64,000 nt of DNA from Holosporales bacterium. Lineage in GTDB: Bacteria > Pseudomonadota > Alphaproteobacteria > RUG11792. Shown here piece after piece: positions 27,737 through 37,167 of the stretch; the stretch's first letter is position 1, and each line of letters begins with the position of its first letter. The DNA lies in NCBI GenBank assembly GCA_031269095.1, contig JAIRWI010000030.1, forward strand, positions 27,212 through 91,211, read 5' to 3'. A program made the translations under genes and the position numbers. The notes under the pieces were generated by a model. It worked only from the letters and a program-made list of their open reading frames with translations. It searched no databases and was not told the origin of the DNA.

Positions 27737-28402
27737 ATGAAAATTTCTAAAAACCTTTTGTTAGCCAGTTTGCTCGGATTTGGAGCAGTTTCCGTTTATT
27801 TTATCGGTGGGAATGCTGATCTTTGGGCAAATACAAAAAAAGTAAAAAAAACAGAATCCGTAACTTCAAAATTAGAGAAAGGATCGCCTGAATTTGCCAA
27901 ATTTGAAAAAATAATCAGAGATTTATTCTCTGAATTTAAGGCTGCAGCTCAACAAGCTAATCAAAATGAACAAAAAGGACAAGCAGAATACACGAACATA
28001 ATTAAATCGGCTATCGATCCCCAAACTGTTTCGAAAAAAATATGTGGAGTTTTCAACGATGAAGTTGTGAAATCAATAATTTTGTACTGCACTAGAACAT
28101 TTATGACAGGAACTATTAGTCAGCAATTCAGAGAATTCGAAAACTTAAAAATAGTTGAAATACAGAAGGTTACTGCTAGTGGCAAACAATTCCATTATGT
28201 AATTAATTGTGTTTTAGAAAAAGCCGACAATCCTATTAATATTGTTATATATTTCTCAGAAAATGGAAAATTCTACGAGATCAAAATAGGTGGAGTAGCG
28301 TTTTTGCAAAGTATAAAATCTCAGTTAGCTCCAAAATTGGCAGGAAAAAGTAAAAAAGAAAGACCAGGTATTGTTAAGAAAGAGATAGAAAATCTAAGTT
28401 AA
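27737..28402 (+). CDS. MlaC/Ttg2D-like periplasmic lipid-binding protein (tentative)
   Basis: ORF 27725-28402, with the likely start MKISKNLLLASLLGFGAVSVYF (signal). Size of about 220 aa and the C-terminal GKFYEIKIGGVAFLQSIKSQL resemble the MlaC ..W.v.Dv.veGvSlv..yRsqF segment. Confidence 0.45.
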   Translation: MKISKNLLLASLLGFGAVSVYFIGGNADLWANTKKVKKTESVTSKLEKGSPEFAKFEKIIRDLFSEFKAAAQQANQNEQKGQAEYTNIIKSAIDPQTVSKKICGVFNDEVVKSIILYCTRTFMTGTISQQFREFENLKIVEIQKVTASGKQFHYVINCVLEKADNPINIVIYFSENGKFYEIKIGGVAFLQSIKSQLAPKLAGKSKKERPGIVKKEIENLS

Positions 28403-28555
28403 TAGGAAATCTAATAAAATCACCTAGTAATTAGCGTTTAAAGTCTCGTAAGATATAATTTAGAGGACAGGAGCGTGAGATGATGCAACAGGTCGAGCAA
28501 ACTTGTATGTTCGATTTCCTTAGCACAAATGAGAAATTGGATTCTTTTTATGATA

Positions 28556-28643
28556 CCAGGAAACTTATAAAAATACAAAATGCTTCCGAAAATTAACGAT
28601 AACTTCTTCGTGATAAAAAAACCAACTTCTCAATATGTTTGGG
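28556..28643 (+). repeat. R2 dispersed repeat (inverted copy of 16416-16503)
   Basis: See 16416-16503. About 85 bp align with few mismatches, judged by eye. Confidence 0.7.
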
Positions 28644-28739
28644 TATATATAGTAACTCCGTATACCATGAAGAAATGACAAAAAAAACTGTTAATAAGAG
28701 AAGAAAAAGTGCGTATAATCGCGATTCACTAGGTATTAA

Positions 28740-28846
28740 TAATTCTCTCTAGCTAGCGAAGAAATAATTTTTCCAAACCTATCCCAAGAATTACTAAAGT
28801 TTTAGGTACATTGGTCGATATCAATGTTAAGTGGGACAACTATATA
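28740..28846 (+). repeat. R1 MITE-like unit, subfamily R1a, head at left
   Basis: taattctctctagctagcgaagaaataatttttccaaacctatcccaagaattactaaagttttaggtacattggtcgatatcaatgttaagtgggacaactata. Confidence 0.8.
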
Positions 28847-28861
28847 TCACCCACTCTACTT

Positions 28862-29030
28862 AACCTTAGTTTCATATAAGAGAAGGATTTCCTATAATGT
28901 TGATGCGAATAATCCTGTTACTTTTGTGCTAAATATCTAACCTCTTATAGGAGGATCATCTAAGTGTAACGACAGTATGCTTATATGGTAAGTCTCCTCG
29001 CTCTTTGCGCGATTGAACAATGGTTTTTCA
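28862..29030 (+). repeat. R3 dispersed repeat (about 170 bp, inverted copy of 32094-32266)
   Basis: aaccttagtttcatataagagaaggatttcctataatgttgatgcgaataatcctgttacttttgtgctaaatatctaacc...gattgaacaatggtttttca aligns along its whole length with the reverse complement of 32094-32266. Confidence 0.75.
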
Positions 29031-29140
29031 TTTTTTTACACGAAACTAACTTTAACTAGAATGAGTATACAATGTAAAACTTCTGCAATAAATATAACTT
29101 ACTACACGCCTAGGTAGCACTGAAATACCAGTTCTTTATT

Positions 29141-29235
29141 TATGCTCGTTCTAGTTGGTAATATGTTAATTCTTTAAAATATATTTCAAGGAAATGTATG
29201 GGATTTAACATTTTTGTTATACTTGTTTCAGTCAA
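29141..29235 (+). repeat. R1 MITE-like unit, subfamily R1b, head at left, tail fused to next unit
   Basis: tatgctcgttctagttggtaatatgttaattctttaaaatatatttcaaggaaatgtatgggatttaacatttttgtt... Confidence 0.75.
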
Positions 29236-29322
29236 CATTGATATCAACAAATATACCTAAAACATTAGTAATTCTTGGAATAGGTTTTGAAAAATTATTT
29301 CTTCGCTAGCTAGAGAAAGTAT
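29218..29322 (-). repeat. R1 MITE-like unit, subfamily R1a, head at right
   Basis: tatacttgtttcagtcaacattgatatcaacaaatatacctaaaacattagtaattcttggaataggttttgaaaaattatttcttcgctagctagagaaagtat. Confidence 0.8.
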
Positions 29323-29397
29323 CCCCCCAAAAACACTTTTAGGAAGAGCGCTTTCGAACCCAAATTTTAACTCTATTTTATCGTCAAAATTTCCGTA

Positions 29398-29967
29398 TTA
29401 ATTGTTATTTTTGATTTTTCTTATCTCCCTTTCAATGATTTCTTGTGCTACAGATTCTAAATTGTTTTTAACCCAGGTCTCTATTGCATGAGTTGCTATA
29501 TCTGAAAAAAATTTATCGAGAGTTAAAGACGCCACTTTTTGCTCAATTTGATCATTATTATTTTTCGGTTTTCCATATTCTTTAAGTGTGCTTGATAATT
29601 TGTTAAATGGATTCCCCTTTTTCGAAATACTCTTTTCTTGTTCAGAATTTGCTATATTGGCTTCAGACTCATGAACTTTTGCTTCGTTATAAACAGCATT
29701 ATCATCATTACTCCCCATATCCAAAACATTGTTAGTAGTTTTCCCCCCACTAAAACTAGGGTAAGTTTCTGAAGAGACTTTATCATTTATAATCTGAGAT
29801 TCGTTTAGTTTTATTATAGCTTCTCCTGGTGTTTTTTCTTCTGTAGAATTTACTAGAGTACTAGATTGCTGCTCATTACTGTCGCTAATATCATCTGCAA
29901 CATATTTTCTAATAGAAGCTAAAATATCTTCCATACTCATTTCATTTTTATCTTCAAAGTTATTCAT
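29398..29967 (-). CDS. popZ: pole-organizing protein PopZ (DUF2497)
   Basis: 189 aa. N-terminal MSMEDILASIRKYVADD, an acidic/low-complexity middle, and C-terminal LDKFFSDIATHAIETWVKNNLESVAQEIIEREIRKI, as in Caulobacter PopZ. The start overlaps the tolC stop (ATGA). Confidence 0.8.
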   Translation of the reverse strand: MNNFEDKNEMSMEDILASIRKYVADDISDSNEQQSSTLVNSTEEKTPGEAIIKLNESQIINDKVSSETYPSFSGGKTTNNVLDMGSNDDNAVYNEAKVHESEANIANSEQEKSISKKGNPFNKLSSTLKEYGKPKNNNDQIEQKVASLTLDKFFSDIATHAIETWVKNNLESVAQEIIEREIRKIKNNN

Positions 29968-31337
29968 TTTTCTCTCCTATGATAAAATTTCCGCTTTTGT
30001 ATATGTTCTATAGTCATTTCTCCAAGAAGGGCTAAAGCATTACACTGGTTTTTTAAATAGTTGTTTTGTGTTTGGACTTCAATAGTCTGTGCTTCAAATA
30101 ATTTTTGCTGCGCTTCCAAGACGTCATTCATAATTTTTACACCGGCTTTATATTCTTCTTCTGTGTCATGTAAAACCAGTCTTCTCATCTCTACAGCAAC
30201 TTCAGCATCATCGGTACTTTCTTTGAAGGCTTTTATGGCTGCTAGTATTCTAATAATTTCAGATTTTGTCTCATCAATAGTTTTATCGTGTTCAATAGCG
30301 GTTTTAGCAGCTTGCTCTATAATCTGTCTTTTCCCAGCAGCCCCTTTTCCCCCATCGTATATTGGAATGGTGAAACTAACACCGACAGAATGATTTTTAG
30401 CATTTGTAGTGGTCGTGGGAGTAATTGTACCTAAATCAAATGATCTATCGAACCTATAAAACACATCAAGTGATGGATAAATCCCCTGATTTGGTTTTTT
30501 AACACTATCCTTAGCCGCATTTAATCTATCAAAACTTGCTATAATCTTTGGATTATGTCTAAGAGCGATATCTTGAACTTGGATTCTTTTCATCCTATCG
30601 TCAAACAAATTAGTCGGAATTACCATATTGTCTTGGATTTCCACTCCAGTTGTTTCTTGGAATTTTGCACATAAAGTTTTGTACTCCGCCTCAGTTTTTG
30701 CTAAATGGCTTTCTGTTTCAGCACATGCAGCTCTGGCTTGCATAACTGCGACATATTTTTCAACACCGGTATTATACATTTCTGTAGCAACCTCAAGTGA
30801 GCTCTTTCTCGCTTTCAATAAAGACTCTAAGTGTAACATTTCTTTTTTTTTCGCAATAACATCCAGAAAAATAAAAGCGGATTCACATAAAACATTTTGT
30901 TTAATGGATTCAAATTCGCTTTTTTTAGCTTTTGCAATAGACTCAGCTTCTTTAACCGCGGCTTTATCTGCCCCCCCTCTAAAAAGATTATGGCTAACGA
31001 TAAAGTGTCCTTTTGTATCATGATCTCTCCTGAAATTCTCAGGTTCTTCTTGCCTTCGATTTTTTTCGCTGGAATCAATACTCCAATGTTTATTTTCCGC
31101 GAGAGTATGATCCACTCCGATTCTAATTGAGGGTCTAAACGCTGATTTTTGAACATCTATTCCTATAAGAGAAGACGACACATCCTTCTCTGCTGCTTTA
31201 ATTGTTTTATTGTTTTTCAAAGTTTGCTCAAGTACAAAACGTAAATCAAATCTACATTCGACTTTCTTGGCACACAAATCTGATCCCATAAAACTTACCA
31301 GAAATACTAGAATCAGTCCTATCTTTCGAAAGAACAT
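29964..31337 (-). CDS. tolC: TolC-family outer membrane efflux protein
   Basis: ORF extends to 31364. The likely start is M10 (MFFRKIGLILVFLVSFMGSDLCA, signal peptide). Two-fold helical OEP-type architecture, including LEQTLKNNKTIKAAEKDV and a second half after YPSLDVFY. Confidence 0.8.
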   Translation of the reverse strand: MFFRKIGLILVFLVSFMGSDLCAKKVECRFDLRFVLEQTLKNNKTIKAAEKDVSSSLIGIDVQKSAFRPSIRIGVDHTLAENKHWSIDSSEKNRRQEEPENFRRDHDTKGHFIVSHNLFRGGADKAAVKEAESIAKAKKSEFESIKQNVLCESAFIFLDVIAKKKEMLHLESLLKARKSSLEVATEMYNTGVEKYVAVMQARAACAETESHLAKTEAEYKTLCAKFQETTGVEIQDNMVIPTNLFDDRMKRIQVQDIALRHNPKIIASFDRLNAAKDSVKKPNQGIYPSLDVFYRFDRSFDLGTITPTTTTNAKNHSVGVSFTIPIYDGGKGAAGKRQIIEQAAKTAIEHDKTIDETKSEIIRILAAIKAFKESTDDAEVAVEMRRLVLHDTEEEYKAGVKIMNDVLEAQQKLFEAQTIEVQTQNNYLKNQCNALALLGEMTIEHIQKRKFYHRREK

Positions 31338-31471
31338 AATACGAAACACACCAATATTATGCAATAATACAGGTATAATATCACAATAACAAAAAACATA
31401 TGATACTTTTTAGAAAATTGACCTTAATTTAAGATAATTTTGGTCAATAAGAAGCTTAGAAACTATTCTAT

Positions 31472-31500
31472 AAAAAAGGTGGTGTACATATAAACACCTT
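31472..31500 (-). terminator. possible weak intrinsic terminator between csp and tolC
   Basis: The minus strand reads aaggtgtttatatgtacaccacctttttt. A 5-6 bp stem (aaggtg/cacctt or ggtgt/acacc) is followed by a T run. The stem is short. Confidence 0.3.
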
Positions 31501-31568
31501 CAATATTCTGTTGGTTTTACACATGAATTTAAAACTAACACTGATGAACTAAAATCTGAAGCAAGTAC

Positions 31569-31646
31569 AACAAATTCTGAAATTTAAAACAAGTTTATAC
31601 AATACAACTATCTACTGTAAAATCACCTATTATTTCAGAATTTGTT
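31569..31646. other. 15-bp perfect inverted repeat with about 48-nt spacer, just 3' of csp
   Basis: aacaaattctgaaat (31569-31583) and atttcagaatttgtt (31632-31646) are exact reverse complements. Confidence 0.7.
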
Positions 31647-31664
31647 TTATCTGTCTTGGAAAGA

Positions 31665-31871
31665 CTATTTCACTATCTTAATGTTTACAGCTGAGGTTTT
31701 TCCATTATTTGTTGCAAGTTCGTACTCCACCTGTTGGTCGTCATTGAGCACTCTAATACCAGCTCTTTCAAGTGCGCTCATGTGAATGAAGACATCTCCA
31801 CCACCACTATCTGGCTGAATAAATCCATAACCTTTTGTCGTGTTAAACCACTTAACTTTACCTGTTGCCAT
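31665..31871 (-). CDS. cspA: cold-shock protein (CspA family)
   Basis: 68 aa from MATGKVKWFNTTKGYGFIQP (RNP1 KGYGFI) and DVFIHMSAL (RNP2). The longer ORF to 31949 is an upstream extension without homology. Confidence 0.93.
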   Translation of the reverse strand: MATGKVKWFNTTKGYGFIQPDSGGGDVFIHMSALERAGIRVLNDDQQVEYELATNNGKTSAVNIKIVK

Positions 31872-32093
31872 TGTTTTTTCTCCTAAAATAAAAAGGCACC
31901 TATAAAATGTGACATTTAGAAATCTGATATTTCTCAGAATTAGTCGCAAGTTTTAGGAGAAGTAAATCAAAAAAACTAGAAAACTTCAAAAGAACATCGT
32001 ATATCAACAGCCACTCGTTACATAATCCTCTAATTTAGATGAATCAGTCAAGATATTTCTCTATTTTATTAACCTAAATTTCGAGTAAGGAAA

Positions 32094-32266
32094 CGAAAAA
32101 CCATTGTTCAATCACATAAAGAACTCGAAGATTCCCCTTATAAGACCCCGTAACTGCTACACTTAATATAATTCACTATACAAAAGGTTAGATGTTTAAC
32201 ACAAAAGTCACAGAATTATTCATATCAACAATATGAAAATCCTGATTTCTTACACAAAGCTTAGTT
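32094..32266 (-). repeat. R3 dispersed repeat (inverted copy of 28862-29030)
   Basis: cgaaaaaccattgttcaatcacataaag...aggttagatgtttaacacaaaagtcacagaattattcatatcaacaatatgaaaatcctgatttcttacacaaagcttagtt. Confidence 0.75.
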
Positions 32267-32327
32267 TTATTAAATAGAGAGTTTTACTATCTGGTTGTTT
32301 TTGCTAAATAGAGATATAATACTCTTT

Positions 32328-33962
32328 ATGCAAAATAATGATTTAAACAGAATTCTAGACGCTATACGTTCCAGAGTTTCTATAGCAGAAATAATTGGAA
32401 AAGATGTGTCTTTGAAAAGAAAAGGCCGAGAGTTTGTAGGGAACTGTCCTTTTCATAATGAAAAAACAGGATCATTTTTTGTAAACGACGAAAAAGGAAA
32501 ATATTATTGTTTTGGTTGCGGAGCCCATGGAGATATTTTCTCATACATTATGCAATCAAAAGGACATTCATTTAAACAAGTCCTCGAAGTTTTAGCCGAC
32601 ATGACAGGAGTTAAACTCCCTAAGTATGAGCTTAAACAAAACAATGAAAAACATTTTAAACAAATGAGGGAATATAATGTTTTTTTTAAGGATGAACTAT
32701 CTCGAAGTAATGTGGTTAAAGAATATTGTGATATTCGTGGAATACACAGTGATTTAATAGAAAAATTCTCCATAGGATACTGTCCCGAGAACAGTTCCAA
32801 AATTACAAAAGAAATTTCCAAGTTTAAGGGAAGGATAATCTTCCCAATATTTAATAACAATGGAACATCGGTTATAGGTTTTGGAGGCAGATCTCTGCAA
32901 GAGGGGATACAACCTAAATATATAAATTCCAGCGAAAGCGAAGATTTTCAAAAAAAAGAAATATTATATGGCTATCATATAGCATCGAAAAATATTTCCA
33001 AAAATGAACCATCATACATAGTTGTCGAGGGGTATATGGATGTCATTACAATGCATAAATTCGGATTTAATACGACTGTTGGTTCTATGGGAACTTCTTT
33101 CACTAGTGATCAATTGTTTAGACTTTGGAAATATTGCGATGAACCCATACTATGTTTTGATGGAGATACAGCTGGTTGTAATGCCATGGTTAGAGCTGCG
33201 TTTTTGACACTCGAATATATATCTCCTGGGAAAACCCTTAAATTTTGCAACCTACCCAAAAACAATGACCCGGATTCGTATTTAAAGGAAAATTCACGTG
33301 AATCCATGGTGAAACTTTTAGAAAAATCAGTTTATCTTATAGATTTTGTATGGGAACGCTTTTTGGATCTTTATTATCGCATAGGGAGTAAAAATCCAGA
33401 ACATGTTTCTAAATGGAAACTAGAATGTATTTCAAAACTGAACAGTGTAAATAACGAAGAACTGAAAAAAATGTATATTTTGGATATAAAAAACCGCATT
33501 TATATGTTGTTTAGATCAAAAGGAAATGTAAAGTTTGATGCGGTTAATATTGATAAAACAAACAAAAAAATATTAAGAGAAGCGATTTTGCTGTACACTT
33601 TAGCAAGACATCCATCTATTGTCCCATATGTGTTTGAAAAAATGGCTCTCATAAGTTTTTCAAATTCTTCATTCGAAGCAATGTCACGTTCTATTCTAAT
33701 TGGGGATAATTCGTTATCTTTAGGGGATTTGAAAAAACTAGAAAACATAGCAGGAAAATACTGTTTGATTGATGATAGCGTTTCAGATAAAGAAGCTATT
33801 GAATTTTGGGATGAAATTTTTAGTAATCACTTTTTCCATAATGAATTTGTAAAAGACATAGAAGAGGCGAAACATGAATTAAAAGATGAGTTTAACGAAA
33901 GTGCATGGGAGCGACTCAAAGCTCTTAAACTCAACATATTGAAATATAGGAAAAACACATGA
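32328..33962 (+). CDS. dnaG: DNA primase
   Basis: ORF from 32295, with the likely ATG at 32328 ([13 protein letters not shown]). CHC2 zinc finger [36 protein letters not shown] motifs VVEGYMDV and FDGDTAG. Confidence 0.93.
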   Translation: MQNNDLNRILDAIRSRVSIAEIIGKDVSLKRKGREFVGNCPFHNEKTGSFFVNDEKGKYYCFGCGAHGDIFSYIMQSKGHSFKQVLEVLADMTGVKLPKYELKQNNEKHFKQMREYNVFFKDELSRSNVVKEYCDIRGIHSDLIEKFSIGYCPENSSKITKEISKFKGRIIFPIFNNNGTSVIGFGGRSLQEGIQPKYINSSESEDFQKKEILYGYHIASKNISKNEPSYIVVEGYMDVITMHKFGFNTTVGSMGTSFTSDQLFRLWKYCDEPILCFDGDTAGCNAMVRAAFLTLEYISPGKTLKFCNLPKNNDPDSYLKENSRESMVKLLEKSVYLIDFVWERFLDLYYRIGSKNPEHVSKWKLECISKLNSVNNEELKKMYILDIKNRIYMLFRSKGNVKFDAVNIDKTNKKILREAILLYTLARHPSIVPYVFEKMALISFSNSSFEAMSRSILIGDNSLSLGDLKKLENIAGKYCLIDDSVSDKEAIEFWDEIFSNHFFHNEFVKDIEEAKHELKDEFNESAWERLKALKLNILKYRKNT

Positions 33963-35920
33963 CAAAAGACACAAAAAATAGTACCAATACAACACTTGAA
34001 GAACAAAGTTATAATGAAAACATAATAGCCAATGATCCGAATATCACTGGATTAATAAAACTCCATGGAATTAAGGGGTATATCACGTACGATGAGTTGA
34101 ATGATGCTCTACCAAGTTCTGAATACGATTCAGATAAGCTCACCGCTATTATGTCATATTTACTGGACAGCGATATCAATCTAATAAGTGTCGAAGAAGA
34201 AGAAGCAATGATACTGGGGCAGGTTCAAAGTGACGCGATAAATAAAGTCGATTATGAGGAATCTGAATTAGTTAGTAATCCCTCCACCAGCAAGGATTTG
34301 GAAAATGGAGATGAAACGGTTATATCAGAAGCAGTTATTGAGGAAGTAGCTGATGAGGTAAAAAGCGATGATCCAGTTAAGTTGTATTTAAAAGAAATGG
34401 GAAACGTTACCCTTTTAACTCGTGAAGGAGAAGTTATCATTGCAAAAAAAATGGAAGCTGCGAAAGAGTCTCTATACACTGCTCTTTCTGAAAGCCCATT
34501 TACCCGCGAGCTTTTAACGGGGTTTCGTGATAAGTTACGAGACAATATTCTTTACACTAAGGATATTATAGCGACTGAAAATTCAGTTATGGATGAGACT
34601 ATTTCATTTGGAAATATTGACGATAGTTATGATATTTTGGATGACGAGGTTTCAGAGGAAACTGGCTCCGTAACTGTTGTTGTTGATGATGAAGAAACAA
34701 AACAAAAGGTTATTGATCTATTAGATAAATTTATAGAATTAAGCGAGAAGATGTTTGCAAAACAAAGAAAATTTAATTTCAATATAGACAAACTCTCGGC
34801 GAATACCAGATATTGTGAATTAAAAAAAGAAATATGCGAGATTTTTTCTGAAATAAATCTCAACGAAAAAAAGATTGCGCTACTTAAGCAAATGCATGTG
34901 GCTTCGCTTGAAGGTATTCCCATAATAGAGAGAAAACTGATATCTCTAGCAGAAGATTATGGCCTTAAGAGGAAGGAAATTATAGATATACTCTATGGTA
35001 AAAATTTCGACCAAAACTGGTTGGATGGGGTTGCTTCTAAAAAGGGAGCTGATTTTAAAAAGTTTTTTGTTGATAATATTTCTCATTTTGAAAATCTTGT
35101 ACAAATGGCGAATCAAATTGAAGGGTACGCTAAAATACCATTTTCAGTATTCAGACATATATTTCAAACGATGCAAAAAGCGGAACGTGACCAGGCGAAT
35201 GCCAAAAAAGAAATGACTGAAGCAAATCTTCGTCTTGTTATATCGATTGCAAAAAGGTATACGAGTCGTGGATTGCTGTTCTTGGATCTTATTCAAGAAG
35301 GAAATATTGGTCTAATGAAAGCAGTAGATAAGTTTGAATATAGAAGAGGGTATAAATTCTCAACATATGCCACGTGGTGGATTAGGCAGGCTATAACTCG
35401 TGCAATTGCTGATCAAGCACGAACTATTCGGATCCCTGTCCATATGATTGAGACTATAAATAAAATTGTCCGCATGTCTAAGCAGATGATGAGTGATATG
35501 GGACGCGAACCAACTAACGAAGAATTATCCGAAAAACTGGCTATTCCTGTCGAAAAAATTAGAAAAGTTATGAAAATAGCGAAGGATCCAATAAGTCTTG
35601 AAACTCCGATTGGAGACGAAGATGAAAGCCATCTTGGTGATTTTATTGAGGATAAATCTGCTGTTATGCCATTCGATGCAGCTATTCAATCCAATTTAAA
35701 AGATACAACAACAAGAGTACTCGCGACCCTCACTCTTCGTGAAGAAAAAGTTCTTCGTATGAGATTTGGAATAGGCCTTCAAACAGATCATACTCTAGAA
35801 GAGGTCGGACAGCAATTTGCTGTTACAAGAGAGCGTATTCGGCAAATAGAGGCGAAAGCTCTTCGTAAATTGAAACATCCTAGTAGATCTAGAAAGCTTC
35901 GAAGTTTTTTAGATGGATAG
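33959..35920 (+). CDS. rpoD: RNA polymerase sigma factor RpoD (sigma-70)
   Basis: 653 aa. Region 2 is [41 protein letters not shown]. Region 4 is [31 protein letters not shown] overlap with dnaG. Confidence 0.97.
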   Translation: MTKDTKNSTNTTLEEQSYNENIIANDPNITGLIKLHGIKGYITYDELNDALPSSEYDSDKLTAIMSYLLDSDINLISVEEEEAMILGQVQSDAINKVDYEESELVSNPSTSKDLENGDETVISEAVIEEVADEVKSDDPVKLYLKEMGNVTLLTREGEVIIAKKMEAAKESLYTALSESPFTRELLTGFRDKLRDNILYTKDIIATENSVMDETISFGNIDDSYDILDDEVSEETGSVTVVVDDEETKQKVIDLLDKFIELSEKMFAKQRKFNFNIDKLSANTRYCELKKEICEIFSEINLNEKKIALLKQMHVASLEGIPIIERKLISLAEDYGLKRKEIIDILYGKNFDQNWLDGVASKKGADFKKFFVDNISHFENLVQMANQIEGYAKIPFSVFRHIFQTMQKAERDQANAKKEMTEANLRLVISIAKRYTSRGLLFLDLIQEGNIGLMKAVDKFEYRRGYKFSTYATWWIRQAITRAIADQARTIRIPVHMIETINKIVRMSKQMMSDMGREPTNEELSEKLAIPVEKIRKVMKIAKDPISLETPIGDEDESHLGDFIEDKSAVMPFDAAIQSNLKDTTTRVLATLTLREEKVLRMRFGIGLQTDHTLEEVGQQFAVTRERIRQIEAKALRKLKHPSRSRKLRSFLDG

Positions 35921-36057
35921 ATGGAATTATACCCAGCCAATTTTTATATCTTAGATAAAAAAACCCACTTAATTCTAGTATTTATATAGCTTAAAAAAAC
36001 TTGGCATATCGCTAGCACTGGTGTAAGAGACATTGGTAGTTTTAAAAAATTATGTTA

Positions 36058-36172
36058 TATACTCCCTCCAGTTAATGAAGAAATAATTTTTCAAAACCTA
36101 TTCCAAAAATTACTGATATTTTAGGTGCCTTTGTCGATGTCAAAGTTAACTGGAACAACTACAATATTTTGA
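36058..36172 (+). repeat. R1 MITE-like unit, subfamily R1a, head at left
   Basis: tatactccctccagttaatgaagaaataatttttcaaaacctattccaaaaattactgatattttaggtgcctttgtcgatgtcaaagttaactggaacaactaca. A truncated oppositely oriented unit may abut it at about 35990-36050. Confidence 0.8.
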
Positions 36173-36248
36173 GTAATAGTATTTGTATTTTGCTAATTTT
36201 TATAACAAAATATGCACTATATCGTTTGTAAGTCATTTTGTTATTTGT

Positions 36249-36797
36249 ATGTTAGTAAGACCAGCAATTCACGTTCTGATTAGTATTATTACTCTTAATA
36301 ATGCCGTATATTCCTCTGCCCTAACACAGGTTATACCGTCTACAGAATCACTTAAACATTTAGATAGTTTTGGTTCTTCGAAGGAGGATTTTTCGGATTT
36401 TACCGAACAGTTAGAGAAAATCTTTGTTTTAGTTAACAAAAAAGAAGATATTAAACAAGGGAGAGGAGTAGCTTTTATCGAAAATTTTCAGTGTTGTAAA
36501 AACTCCTTAACCTTTGCTTCGGAGAGCGAAAATAATCTCCTGAAAGTAATTTTTCTTATGACTCCTGGCTCTAGGTTTCTTGTCCATTCGAAAACAGAAT
36601 ATAGTCCTATCTTCTCTCTAGTGTCTAACTATTATCGGGATAAAACAGATTCGTTTCCATTGCAGGGAGCTTGTACAAGCGAAGAGACAAAGTTTTGGGA
36701 AGATCTGAAAAAGAAAACGCGCATTCACAAGTCAGGAGAATCTTTAGAACCTTTTTGGGTAGAAAAAAGAAAACCAAATTCTCTTTCCTCTGAATAA
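36249..36797 (+). CDS. hypothetical protein, signal-peptide-like N-terminus
   Basis: ORF 36183-36797 (TTG). An internal ATG gives MLVRPAIHVLISIITLNNAVYSSA, which is signal-like. No family motif recognised. Bracketed by R1 units. Confidence 0.45.
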   Translation: MLVRPAIHVLISIITLNNAVYSSALTQVIPSTESLKHLDSFGSSKEDFSDFTEQLEKIFVLVNKKEDIKQGRGVAFIENFQCCKNSLTFASESENNLLKVIFLMTPGSRFLVHSKTEYSPIFSLVSNYYRDKTDSFPLQGACTSEETKFWEDLKKKTRIHKSGESLEPFWVEKRKPNSLSSE

Positions 36798-36947
36798 GCA
36801 TGGTTTTCTGGAAACTCTCATTCTCTTTTTATAAATGTATTAATTAAATTCATTTTTATCTATATGCATTGCCTCTTCTGTTTAAAATCTAGATACTAAT
36901 TTATAGTAATATCTTTACAAATTTTTAGTATCAATTTTATTATCTGT

Positions 36948-37054
36948 TATACTTATTTTAGTTGGAAAAGAGTTAATTTTTTTAAAATATATTTCAAGGA
37001 ATTGCATAGGGTTAGCATTTTTATTGATCGCCAAATCAACTAGAACAACTATAT
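36948..37054 (+). repeat. R1 MITE-like unit, subfamily R1b, head at left
   Basis: tatacttattttagttggaaaagagttaatttttttaaaatatatttcaaggaattgcatagggttagcatttttattgatcgccaaatcaactagaacaactatat. Confidence 0.8.
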
Positions 37055-37167
37055 CAATAAGCTTATATATACCCAAAAAATCTTAAAAGGCCTATTAGTT
37101 ATTAAAAATCTACATATATTGGGAAAATCCTGTAATATATTGATGAAAATCTACTCTAATAACAGAG

